Source: Nanobdellota archaeon
Lineage (GTDB): Archaea > Nanobdellota > Nanobdellia > Woesearchaeales > GW2011-AR9
Direction: 5' to 3'
Assembly (NCBI GenBank): GCA_030647325.1
Contig: JAUSJN010000054.1
Location: 1-47,408, forward strand
DNA length: 47,408 bases
Below, piece by piece: positions 32,940 through 41,080 of the stretch. The translations under genes and the position numbers were made by a program. Numbering within the stretch: the stretch's first letter is position 1; every line of letters starts with the position of its first letter. Below the pieces are notes generated by a model. It worked only from the letters and a program-made list of their open reading frames with translations. It had not been told where the DNA came from and searched no databases.

Positions 32940-33680
32940 TCACAAATAATCATCTTCCAACGGCGTACCAGTAAGGAACTTCCTAAATTTTTGCAATGAG
33001 GGAATATTATTGGTCTTAGTGACCACACCGCAGAGCTGTAATTCTTTCTCGTTGATAAGATATACTCCTCCGCCAGAATTACCGCCGATCATGTAGATGT
33101 CTAAAAAGGTCTTATCATCGGCTATTTTTTTCACCCTAGTGTTGAATAATTCTTTATTTCCTCTCGGAAAGCCGGCGCCGATGACATAATCTTGCGGATC
33201 AAGATATTTGGCGATCTTCCCTCTGAATGGTTTCACCGGTTGGTCATTTATATCTTTGAGATAACCGTCCACTTTCAGCAAGGCTAGATCGTTTTCTTCA
33301 TCCTCTTTGAAGACGGAAGCTTCATGTCCTCCAACCATTATTACTTCCCTTACTATTTTTGTGGTTCTCCCGGTCTTCTGGCTGGTATACATTCCGTCTG
33401 AGGTGATATGCTCTGCAGTGAGAATGTAATTATCCCCGGTCTGTGAATCGACTATCAAGGTTCCTGAACCAAACCATAATTTTAAAAAATCCTGATCATC
33501 ATCAACTTTTTGTTCTAAAGTTATGGTCGTGTTTACTCGAAAGGTAGCATCATATAGGGCATCTAATTGTTCTTTCGTAAAATAATTTCCTTTGTCTTCG
33601 CCTGGATTATTGTCAGAGGTGCATAATACGCCTGCAAATGCCAGGGTGGCGAGGCCAATTCTTTTTCTGTACTTTTTCAT
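32940..33680 (-). CDS. Secreted or lipid-anchored trypsin-like serine protease (S1 family)
   Basis: Has a signal peptide with a Cys (LATLAFAGVLCTS). The catalytic context includes TAEHIT (His), NDLALLK (Asp) and GGNSGGGVY (Ser). Confidence 0.8.
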   Translation of the reverse strand: MKKYRKRIGLATLAFAGVLCTSDNNPGEDKGNYFTKEQLDALYDATFRVNTTITLEQKVDDDQDFLKLWFGSGTLIVDSQTGDNYILTAEHITSDGMYTSQKTGRTTKIVREVIMVGGHEASVFKEDEENDLALLKVDGYLKDINDQPVKPFRGKIAKYLDPQDYVIGAGFPRGNKELFNTRVKKIADDKTFLDIYMIGGNSGGGVYLINEKELQLCGVVTKTNNIPSLQKFRKFLTGTPLEDDYL

Positions 33681-33777
33681 ATCACTACATCACCAAGAAT
33701 AATGTTAAATAAAAAAGGTGAATATAAACTCTATCTTAATGGAGTATATTCATTTTGGAGAACAATAAAAAAAATAT

Positions 33778-35130
33778 TTATGTCCTTCGCCATTTTCCAT
33801 CGATGATGTGGATCAATTGTACCCGGCCATTATCCCATAACATGGCATGGGTATTCATCCAGCTGCTCGGTCCGCTGGTATAATCTAAGCGTAGATCAGT
33901 ACTAGTTCCTACAATATAAGTATCCCTTAAAATTTCGGGAGTGTGGGTATGTCCGGTGACGCTCTTACCATAGGCATTTTCAATCCCCCGGATACCGCCT
34001 CTTGCTCCATTTGCACCCTGATCACCGTGCGCTCCTAACTGCCAGCCTCTTACTTTGTGATCCTGGTCTCGTTCTAAAAATTTGACATTCTTGGGAACTC
34101 CGCCGCACATCTCTAAGCCTACCTGCAAGGGGTTCTTTTCTTCCACCATTGCCGCAAACAACCTAGCACCAAGAGCAGCGTTATGAGGTTCATCCCGAAA
34201 TCTTACTTCTTCCAAGTATCGGTCTAAGAATTCATTATGGTTGCTGGCGACTAAAGCGATCTCGGTATTCTCTCCAGCCACTTCCGCAAAGGCATATAAT
34301 TCTCTGGAATTCATTTTTAATTCTTCTTCTAATGAGAGCCTTCCTTCCCTGGCCGCCCGGGCTCGCGAGCCTAATTTACCCTTTTCATGATGATTTACGC
34401 TGTGTCCATTAAAAAAATCATGCAGTACTATTCTTCGTGGTTTATATTCCTGGATCATCTCCCAAGTTGCTTTACGTACTTCTGCATTAGTGTCGCCCGT
34501 ATGCCAATCTCCCAAGATCAGAGCTTCTAATACTGCCTTTTCTGTTTCTTTTCCGCTATATTTTACTCCAAAATCTACAAATGGTCCATTCTTTTGGGCG
34601 GTAAGCTGGCGGTAATGATAATGTACATTATCTGCTATTTCAACAACTATCGCTCCATACACGTGATCATGGTCGGCGATGATTCCCTGACGGTTGTCAG
34701 TATTATAATTGGGCCTGGTCACTGCACCGGTAGTCATCAACATCTTGGGGAGAGTATTGTTACTGTTTGGCACGACTTTGAGGCGTTGTTTCGGGCTGGC
34801 AAAGATAGTACTCACGTCACTTTGAGGAAATCTTGCTAGTCCCGTGCTGGGGTCGATCATCTGCGGAAGGATAGGATAATTATGCACCTTTATTTTATCA
34901 TTTAACTTTGTTCCCATCTTGAAGCTGGTCTGATGAAGGTACTCCGTCAGCAACGGATCCATCATATCTTGGGTTATGTTCTTGCCTCTCATCGGCAATA
35001 CTAAAAGTTCCGCTTCGTGTTCAGAACAATATTTCTCTAAGCCCGCAAGAAAATCTTTATTGACCAGCCCATTATATTGGGCAGAAGTAATCACATATGT
35101 CTTAGCTTGATCTTTCCCCATCTCATCCAC
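33778..35130 (-). CDS. Large metallophosphoesterase-family protein with an uncharacterised N-terminal domain of about 200 aa
   Basis: Contains LILGDWHTGD, VLHDFFNGHSVNHH, VASNHNEF, GAHGDQG and VTGHTHTPE. The N-terminal half (YVITSAQYNGLVNKDFLAGLEKY...) has no motif I can name. Confidence 0.7.
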   Translation of the reverse strand: MDEMGKDQAKTYVITSAQYNGLVNKDFLAGLEKYCSEHEAELLVLPMRGKNITQDMMDPLLTEYLHQTSFKMGTKLNDKIKVHNYPILPQMIDPSTGLARFPQSDVSTIFASPKQRLKVVPNSNNTLPKMLMTTGAVTRPNYNTDNRQGIIADHDHVYGAIVVEIADNVHYHYRQLTAQKNGPFVDFGVKYSGKETEKAVLEALILGDWHTGDTNAEVRKATWEMIQEYKPRRIVLHDFFNGHSVNHHEKGKLGSRARAAREGRLSLEEELKMNSRELYAFAEVAGENTEIALVASNHNEFLDRYLEEVRFRDEPHNAALGARLFAAMVEEKNPLQVGLEMCGGVPKNVKFLERDQDHKVRGWQLGAHGDQGANGARGGIRGIENAYGKSVTGHTHTPEILRDTYIVGTSTDLRLDYTSGPSSWMNTHAMLWDNGRVQLIHIIDGKWRRT

Positions 35131-35177
35131 CCCTACTTCTTTTTTGTAACTAATACCTTGAATTATTTAAACTTGTG

Positions 35178-36263
35178 TTACCACTGAATCCTATAACCTG
35201 CGGAAAACAAAGGCGTAATATTTTTATCTTCATCTACGCGGACGCTCATGCTTACTGGAACTCTGCCAAAAAGCGTGACTTCGTTGGTCAACTCCCCGTA
35301 GAATGAACCTTCTATATCTACGCCCGGAACGTTATCTACCGAACCTCCGCTGGTACTATAATCCGTCTCTGAAATAGCAAAATCCATAACATACCCGCCG
35401 GATGCCCATAGGCCTAGAGAAATATCCTTTGCCTCCGGAGAACGAAGTCCTATATTTGCAGCATCATCCCCGGGTAAGTTTGCTTCTAATCCAAAATATC
35501 TGTATTCAAGGAAGGGGATAGCTAATTTTACTAACGTACTGGAAGTTTCCCCCTGTACGTCTGCTTCTTTCTCTCCCACGATGGGAACATCTACACTATA
35601 CTTTCGCTTTGAATTTGAATCTGGTAATTTTCCGTAACAGATATCTGCCCCCAGGCGGAATTCTGATCTCCTGGTAGAACTGCACTTTTTATGCTGATCC
35701 AAGAGGTAAGGCAATCCTCCAAATGCATAATGCTTCTTTTCTGGCGCTGCTCCAGGGGCGAGAGGCACAGTATAGTTGGGAACTCGTTCTGATAGATCCA
35801 GGACATCATTAGTAGACTCTCTCGGTGTAGGATCAGGGACCTGGCTTATTCCATCTAGGCCAAAATACAAAGTCCCGTCACATTCTTGGTTTAAGACTAT
35901 CTTTTGTCCGGCCTTTTCTGATCCCAAAAATGCGTCCCAGCCTTGTTTTCGGGGATCATCTGGATTTTTCTGGAAATAGTAATTAGTGCTGTTTTTTATT
36001 TTTCTGATAAGCAAGTCTCTACGTTCAGATATCTCTCGTTCACTCGGTCCTTTGGCTCCGACGGTAGCCCCTCCACGTGCCCGTACGCACAGCAGATTGA
36101 TATGGCCGCCCAAATCCTTGTCGTGCCGGGTGTTGGCATAGGCTACTTGTATCTGGGTATATGGCCGGCTGGCACATCCTGAGGTCAAGAGCGCCGCTAG
36201 AGAAAACGTCGTACTACTAAGCCATGTCTTTTGTCCCATTGAATATTCTCCAAAACCTATCAA
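35178..36263 (-). CDS. Putative lipoprotein with a beta-rich C-terminal region ending in an aromatic residue
   Basis: Has a lipobox-like LAALLTSGCAS. The C-terminal segment of about 130 aa shows alternating hydrophobic and polar residues and ends ...LFSAGYRIQW. The Met at 36239 is an alternative start. Confidence 0.6.
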   Translation of the reverse strand: MIGFGEYSMGQKTWLSSTTFSLAALLTSGCASRPYTQIQVAYANTRHDKDLGGHINLLCVRARGGATVGAKGPSEREISERRDLLIRKIKNSTNYYFQKNPDDPRKQGWDAFLGSEKAGQKIVLNQECDGTLYFGLDGISQVPDPTPRESTNDVLDLSERVPNYTVPLAPGAAPEKKHYAFGGLPYLLDQHKKCSSTRRSEFRLGADICYGKLPDSNSKRKYSVDVPIVGEKEADVQGETSSTLVKLAIPFLEYRYFGLEANLPGDDAANIGLRSPEAKDISLGLWASGGYVMDFAISETDYSTSGGSVDNVPGVDIEGSFYGELTNEVTLFGRVPVSMSVRVDEDKNITPLFSAGYRIQW

Positions 36264-36385
36264 TATTGCCCCTTAACTAATACTCACAACATTTAAATAT
36301 AAATACATTTCTATAATACTATATAGTTAATTGTACAAGTTATGCGGAACTATATGTTTCCCATAAAAACGCAAGGGTGGATACC

Positions 36386-37339
36386 ATGGACTATCGTAGA
36401 TTGATTTCATTTGGAAAAAGCAGTTTCGTCGTCTCATTACCTAAAGAGTGGATCGGCCAGAATAATCTTAAGAAAGGCGATCTGGTATATCTTCAGGAGT
36501 CTGGGCCGAACCTGCTTCTTAGCAAAAAAGACAGCGATGAGAAAGTAGAAGAACGGGAAAAAATAATCTATGTGGACGGAAAATCTGCCTATACTATAGG
36601 TAGGGAAGTATGTTCAACTTATATACAGAATTATCCAAGGATCATCTTACGCGGAAAAGAGATCAAGAATAAAGTCAAGGAACTGCAGGGGATAGTTCAG
36701 TCTCTGATCGCCTTGGAGATCATGGAGCAGACTTCTGATACCATCATCGCTAAAGATTTTCTGAATATGGATTCTGTCTCAGTGGAAGAACTCATCCGCA
36801 AGATGGATCTAGTAACTAGGACTATGATGAAAGAGGCGCAGCAGATCTTTGATGAAGACAATTATGAAAGTCTCAATGAGCGGGATCAAGACGTAAATCG
36901 GCTTTACTTTTTACTGTACCGGTCTATACTCTACAATTTGCGCAACCCCATGAAAGCATTGAAGAATTTCAAATTATCCGGATTAGACTTACTGCGGGCT
37001 CACTTTATGGGATTCTATATTGAAGCGATCGCTGATGAAGTGCGCAGGACCGCGCGCCATGCTCATACCTTAAAGATGCCTGCCGCGACCCAGGAACAAG
37101 TCCAGCAATATCTGGTGAAGATGCATGATTATTACACTACCACCATGAAAGCAGCCTACAATAAAGACACTGAATTAGCTTTCAAGCAAGCAGAATTGAA
37201 ACGCAGTTTTGACAAGGAACTTGAAATCCTCGAAGCAGAAGTGCAAAAAACACCTGGCTTCAATCGTGTTTTAACTCGATTGTTGAGGATGACCAGCCTG
37301 ATCCACAATCTGGGAAGAGTATTGTATACGATGCAGTGA
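36386..37339 (+). CDS. AbrB/SpoVT-domain plus PhoU-domain regulator (archaeal phosphate uptake regulator-like)
   Basis: The N-terminal KSSFVVSLPKEWIGQNNLKKGDLVYL is a swapped-hairpin AbrB fold. It is followed by two PhoU-like helical repeats (RD.DVNRLYF..YR). The ATG at 36386 lies 5 nt after GGGTGG. Confidence 0.8.
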   Translation: MDYRRLISFGKSSFVVSLPKEWIGQNNLKKGDLVYLQESGPNLLLSKKDSDEKVEEREKIIYVDGKSAYTIGREVCSTYIQNYPRIILRGKEIKNKVKELQGIVQSLIALEIMEQTSDTIIAKDFLNMDSVSVEELIRKMDLVTRTMMKEAQQIFDEDNYESLNERDQDVNRLYFLLYRSILYNLRNPMKALKNFKLSGLDLLRAHFMGFYIEAIADEVRRTARHAHTLKMPAATQEQVQQYLVKMHDYYTTTMKAAYNKDTELAFKQAELKRSFDKELEILEAEVQKTPGFNRVLTRLLRMTSLIHNLGRVLYTMQ

Positions 37340-37917
37340 TGTTTATGGATCGGAATAAACATTTCTTGTTAGCTGCCTCTTTTCTGGGAACATTCAGTTG
37401 TCTCCCTTCTACTGTCCCTAAAACTGAAATAACCATTCCGGGGTCAAGAGATACTGTTCAAATGATAGATAATGGCTACAGTGCAACAAGTTCAGTTCCT
37501 CCATGGTCAGAATTAACTCAAAAGATATCGAAAGAATGCAGTAGCAAGATGTGCGAATTTTATTTTCCTGAAGAATCAATGGTTATGGTTTATTACTTTG
37601 GAACTAGGTGCATATCTGCTACTTTAAAAGAAAAAGAATGTTTAGAGGTTATGGTTGGTTTATATGAAGGCGAAGAAATTTCTATGGCTTCTCTGATGAC
37701 AGACTATCAACCGTTCGGTTCAGTCGACAATGTGCTTCTTGTTAAAGCTACAGATGATATAGTTGAGGTTAGTTCAGACAAATTAAAACCGTTTGATCTG
37801 CTTTATGAACGGTCTATATCAGCCGGGTTTTCTTACAATGGAAGGAATTTTGTTTCGCCGCAGGATTTACGGGAAATTCACCAAAAAGCGTTCCACCAAT
37901 ATTTTGTTGTGCAGTAG
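37336..37917 (+). CDS. Hypothetical secreted protein or lipoprotein
   Basis: Has an N-terminal hydrophobic segment with a Cys (LLAASFLGTFSCLPS). The start overlaps the PhoU-like stop codon (GTGATG); the ATG at 37339 is probably the real start. Confidence 0.5.
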   Translation: MMFMDRNKHFLLAASFLGTFSCLPSTVPKTEITIPGSRDTVQMIDNGYSATSSVPPWSELTQKISKECSSKMCEFYFPEESMVMVYYFGTRCISATLKEKECLEVMVGLYEGEEISMASLMTDYQPFGSVDNVLLVKATDDIVEVSSDKLKPFDLLYERSISAGFSYNGRNFVSPQDLREIHQKAFHQYFVVQ

Positions 37918-37946
37918 AAAAAAAGGTGGTTTATTTTTTGACAGTT

Positions 37947-38447
37947 TTATAACAGATCTTCAACACGCAATAAACTTTCTACTGGCACCGACAATTGTCC
38001 TTCTCCTCGCTTGACAAAGACATAACATCCTACTATTTCAGCTCCGGTGGGGGTGATGATATTAATGACTTTTTGTAAAGTTCTGCCGGTAGTGAAGACA
38101 TCATCAACGATGGCTACCCTGTCGCCTTCCGAAGGAACATATCCATCTATATATTTCAGAAGACCATGATCTTTGAGTTCCGTCCGTACTAAGGATAGAT
38201 TTCGTTTATATAACACTGACAATGCCCCGGCTAAAGGCAGTCCGCCATGCCCGGAAGCAGCGATGCAGTTGGTCCGGTTTGGTATTTTTTCACCCAGGCG
38301 CTTGGCCATCAAATCAAAGGCCTCTGCATCACCGTACGCTTTTTTGATATCAATGTAATAATCGGAAGGCCCGGCATGGCTAAGTTCAACTTCTCCGCGA
38401 TGGACAATTTTTAATTGTTTTAATCGAGTGATCAAATCGTCTTGCAT
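37947..38447 (-). CDS. pyrE: Orotate phosphoribosyltransferase
   Basis: Contains the PRPP-binding loop RVAIVDDVFTTGRT, and the YYIDIKK and GGLPLA motifs. Confidence 0.88.
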   Translation of the reverse strand: MQDDLITRLKQLKIVHRGEVELSHAGPSDYYIDIKKAYGDAEAFDLMAKRLGEKIPNRTNCIAASGHGGLPLAGALSVLYKRNLSLVRTELKDHGLLKYIDGYVPSEGDRVAIVDDVFTTGRTLQKVINIITPTGAEIVGCYVFVKRGEGQLSVPVESLLRVEDLL

Positions 38448-38521
38448 ATTTATCTGAAGAAGCAGTAGATTTTATATCTTTTGGTTGAGGATTTTTGCTC
38501 TTTAATTGACATTAACTATCC

Positions 38522-39097
38522 TTAAATTCCTTGTAATATGTACTTCACACCCCAGGTCAAGGTGATCAATCCTAAAATCGTAGATATGACTTGGATGGTG
38601 GTTCTTCCCAGGATCCGATTAGTCCGTCTGGTATTGTAAAAAAGTATTGCCGTCCCAAATAAGACCATGCCGACCGCTAACCCAGTGACGATTTTACCAT
38701 AATTGTTGGCAGAGACAATAATAGAAGTAATTGCTGCTGGACCAGTCAGCAAGGGAGTACCGATGATGGAAGCGATAGCCCAGGTAGAATCGCCTTTTAC
38801 TCGTTCTACATCCACTAAAGAGTATCCTAGAACCATCTTTAACCCTAAGATTCCCAGCACGATGCCGCCGGCCACCTGAAATTCTTTTATATTCATATTA
38901 AACAGTTGCAATAATCCCTGTCCAAAAAGCAACACCAGAAAAGATATGGTAGCTGCAACGATCACGGCGATGGTCGCGGTCCTGCGGCGCTCTTTTTCCT
39001 GCATCGAACTGGTAGCGACCGTAAAGATCACAAAACTAGCCAAAGGATCAAATATCACGAAGAAGAGGATCAACAATTGGAAGAAAGGACTGACCAT
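38522..39097 (-). CDS. MarC family (UPF0056) integral membrane protein
   Basis: Has six TM helices and the N-terminal FFVIFDPLASFVIF motif typical of MarC. Confidence 0.85.
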   Translation of the reverse strand: MVSPFFQLLILFFVIFDPLASFVIFTVATSSMQEKERRRTATIAVIVAATISFLVLLFGQGLLQLFNMNIKEFQVAGGIVLGILGLKMVLGYSLVDVERVKGDSTWAIASIIGTPLLTGPAAITSIIVSANNYGKIVTGLAVGMVLFGTAILFYNTRRTNRILGRTTIQVISTILGLITLTWGVKYILQGI

Positions 39098-39136
39098 TAT
39101 AGCATGGATAGATCAGAAGTTTAAAATGTTTTGCAT

Positions 39137-39589
39137 CTATTCTTCATGTATCACAATCAGCGACTGGGTCTTATCGATCCCTTCGATCCTCTGTAACTTG
39201 GTAAGCAGCACCTGATCGAACTCCGCCACGTCTTTCACCCGCAGCATGGCCACGATATCCGTCCCCCCAGAAACGATGTCCACCCGTTCCACAAAGGGAA
39301 AATGGCGGATCTCTTTGGCCACGTTGTATTGTGATTTATTTTTCTGCTTGAGCAAAGAAAGATCGACCGAGACCAACACATATGCTCTGAATCCTTCTTG
39401 TAATTTATGATAATCTAGATCAACAGTAAATCTCTTGATGATTTTCTCCCTTTTTAACTTCTGGATGCGGTTGTGTACGGTAGTGATCGGCAATCCGGTC
39501 TTTTTGGCGATCTGCCTGGTAGCATGATCGGCATGTTCTTGCAGCACTTCCAGGATCTTACGGTCCTTCTCGTCGATTTCAGTTTTCAT
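39137..39589 (-). CDS. Lrp/AsnC family transcriptional regulator
   Basis: Contains the wHTH segment DEKDRKILEVLQEHADHATRQIAKKTGLPITTVHNRIQKL and a C-terminal RAM domain (AYVLVSV...VERVDIVSGGTDI). Confidence 0.9.
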   Translation of the reverse strand: MKTEIDEKDRKILEVLQEHADHATRQIAKKTGLPITTVHNRIQKLKREKIIKRFTVDLDYHKLQEGFRAYVLVSVDLSLLKQKNKSQYNVAKEIRHFPFVERVDIVSGGTDIVAMLRVKDVAEFDQVLLTKLQRIEGIDKTQSLIVIHEE

Positions 39590-39590
39590 G

Positions 39591-39619
39591 ATGGAACAAA
39601 TGTTCCATTTTTATATAAA
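39591..39619 (-). promoter_or_regulatory. Lrp promoter with an operator-like palindrome between the TATA box and the start codon
   Basis: On the minus strand, the TATA box TTTATATA (39612-39619) is followed by the 18-nt palindrome ATGGAACA-NN-TGTTCCAT (39591-39608). The ATG follows at 39589-39587. Confidence 0.5.
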
Positions 39620-39708
39620 TATTTCGCAATTATTGGAATATTTTTCATTATTTTCGGAATAAATATATTAAGAAGATAGTTTAATTAATTCTTGAACTTA
39701 ATAAAAAA

Positions 39709-40596
39709 ATGGAACTAGAACAACTCCTTACCCAGAGCTCTCGGAAAGAATATCCTTATGAACTTCCTAGCTGCGCTGAGAAATTAAACTATTGGAAAAG
39801 CAATGGATTTAAAGATCAATTGCCTCATCTTGGAATGATCAAGACTATTCTCTTTGCTTATCGACGCGAGGGTCAAGAAAATTATATCTTAGCTTCAACT
39901 CTGGGTCAGAAAAAAATTGATCTCTCTGAATTGGCGGCAGAACTGGGATTATCTGCTGCTGAAGCTGACACTCTTGATCATAATATTGATGACGCTACCA
40001 TAGAAAAAGTCACCGGGAGAAAGCGTGGAGCGGTAAGTCCCTTCGCACCTAAGCTAGATGTTGTTGAGACCATCTATTTTTCCAGAGATCTACTGGAAGA
40101 CCTTACCGAGAATCCCCTTAAAGAATATGATATCCCCTTATCGTTGACTACTTCAATATTTGTAAAGGGCGCTGATCTTTATACCTTCTTACGACAAAAT
40201 CCAACGTATAAGATTCCTGCCTTTCAAGAGCCAGCAGGATTAACAGAAACAGGACCAGTTATAGATGACCTAGTATTAGAAGTAGCAGAATGGAAGGTCA
40301 AAGAAGTAGATTCTTCTCAAGCAGGTTATGCCCATCTTTTTACCGGAACGAGGGTAAAATATGACGGACAAGAATATGAAATTAAAAATCCTCGGCATCG
40401 GAAAGAAGGAATAATGAGAAGACGAAAGAAAATTGACACTGTCGCCTTACCGATTTCCAGAGTTGAAGGAAAAGTTAACTACCAATATGCCGAGCGTGGG
40501 AGAAAAAGAGTGCTGCTGCCGATTGATTATGAGACTTTAGAAAAAGTATATTTAAATGAGCGCGATCTTTTTCAGATCAGAAATAAAATAAGATAG
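39709..40596 (+). CDS. YbaK/ProX-like aminoacyl-tRNA trans-editing domain protein with a basic C-terminal extension
   Basis: GMIKTILFAYRREGQENYILASTLGQKKIDLSELAAELG and VTGRKRGAVSPFAP resemble the YbaK motifs K-T-L and G-x-x-x-G-x-V-S-P. The last 130 aa or so are K/R-rich and uncharacterised. Confidence 0.5.
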   Translation: MELEQLLTQSSRKEYPYELPSCAEKLNYWKSNGFKDQLPHLGMIKTILFAYRREGQENYILASTLGQKKIDLSELAAELGLSAAEADTLDHNIDDATIEKVTGRKRGAVSPFAPKLDVVETIYFSRDLLEDLTENPLKEYDIPLSLTTSIFVKGADLYTFLRQNPTYKIPAFQEPAGLTETGPVIDDLVLEVAEWKVKEVDSSQAGYAHLFTGTRVKYDGQEYEIKNPRHRKEGIMRRRKKIDTVALPISRVEGKVNYQYAERGRKRVLLPIDYETLEKVYLNERDLFQIRNKIR

Positions 40597-40598
40597 AC

Positions 40599-40976
40599 TC
40601 ATTTAATCCTGTGAAGATAGATCGTTCGACCATCCGGGTCATAAACTCTTGCACCATAGGAGAACATCTCTACTTTATCATGAGTATATTTTTTGACCCT
40701 TTCAAGAGTTTCTTCCAGATTATGGGTATTAAAAATAAAACTTGGATCAGAAAAATTAAAAGATACTGTTGATGATAAAGGCATCTTGGTCTTGGGCGGA
40801 GGATATAATTCCAGAAGCAGACCTGCTTCCAGATGGCCGGCATAATGTTTCGGCCCGTCTCCATGTTTCTCTTCCCTAAATTTTATCCCTAGCAAGGCTT
40901 CGTAAAAATCACGTGATTCTTCCAGCTTTGGCGAATGAAGAACAAGTCCTTCTAATTGTCCGTATTCTCTTTTCAT
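40599..40976 (-). CDS. Glyoxalase/bleomycin-resistance/dioxygenase (VOC) family protein
   Basis: LVLHSPKLEESRDFYEALLGIKFREEKHGDGPKHY...LELY... and ...RVYDPDGRTIYL form a paired beta-alpha-beta-beta-beta module pattern. Confidence 0.75.
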   Translation of the reverse strand: MKREYGQLEGLVLHSPKLEESRDFYEALLGIKFREEKHGDGPKHYAGHLEAGLLLELYPPPKTKMPLSSTVSFNFSDPSFIFNTHNLEETLERVKKYTHDKVEMFSYGARVYDPDGRTIYLHRIK

Positions 40977-41080
40977 GCTCCTTTCTAAGGGTTACTCATA
41001 TAAATATTTTTCTTCTCTCAGTACTCTCGGTTAGACTTTCACAAAAACATTTTTATACCCTACCCTTATCCACGATACTC

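Noticed and set aside
40913-41080. An N-terminal 56-codon extension of the AsnRS ORF in the track.
   Set aside because: The extension overlaps the opposite-strand VOC gene and a TATA-like box, its sequence is hydrophobic junk, and AsnRS homology begins at MVQYLSIQEA (the ATG at 41081).
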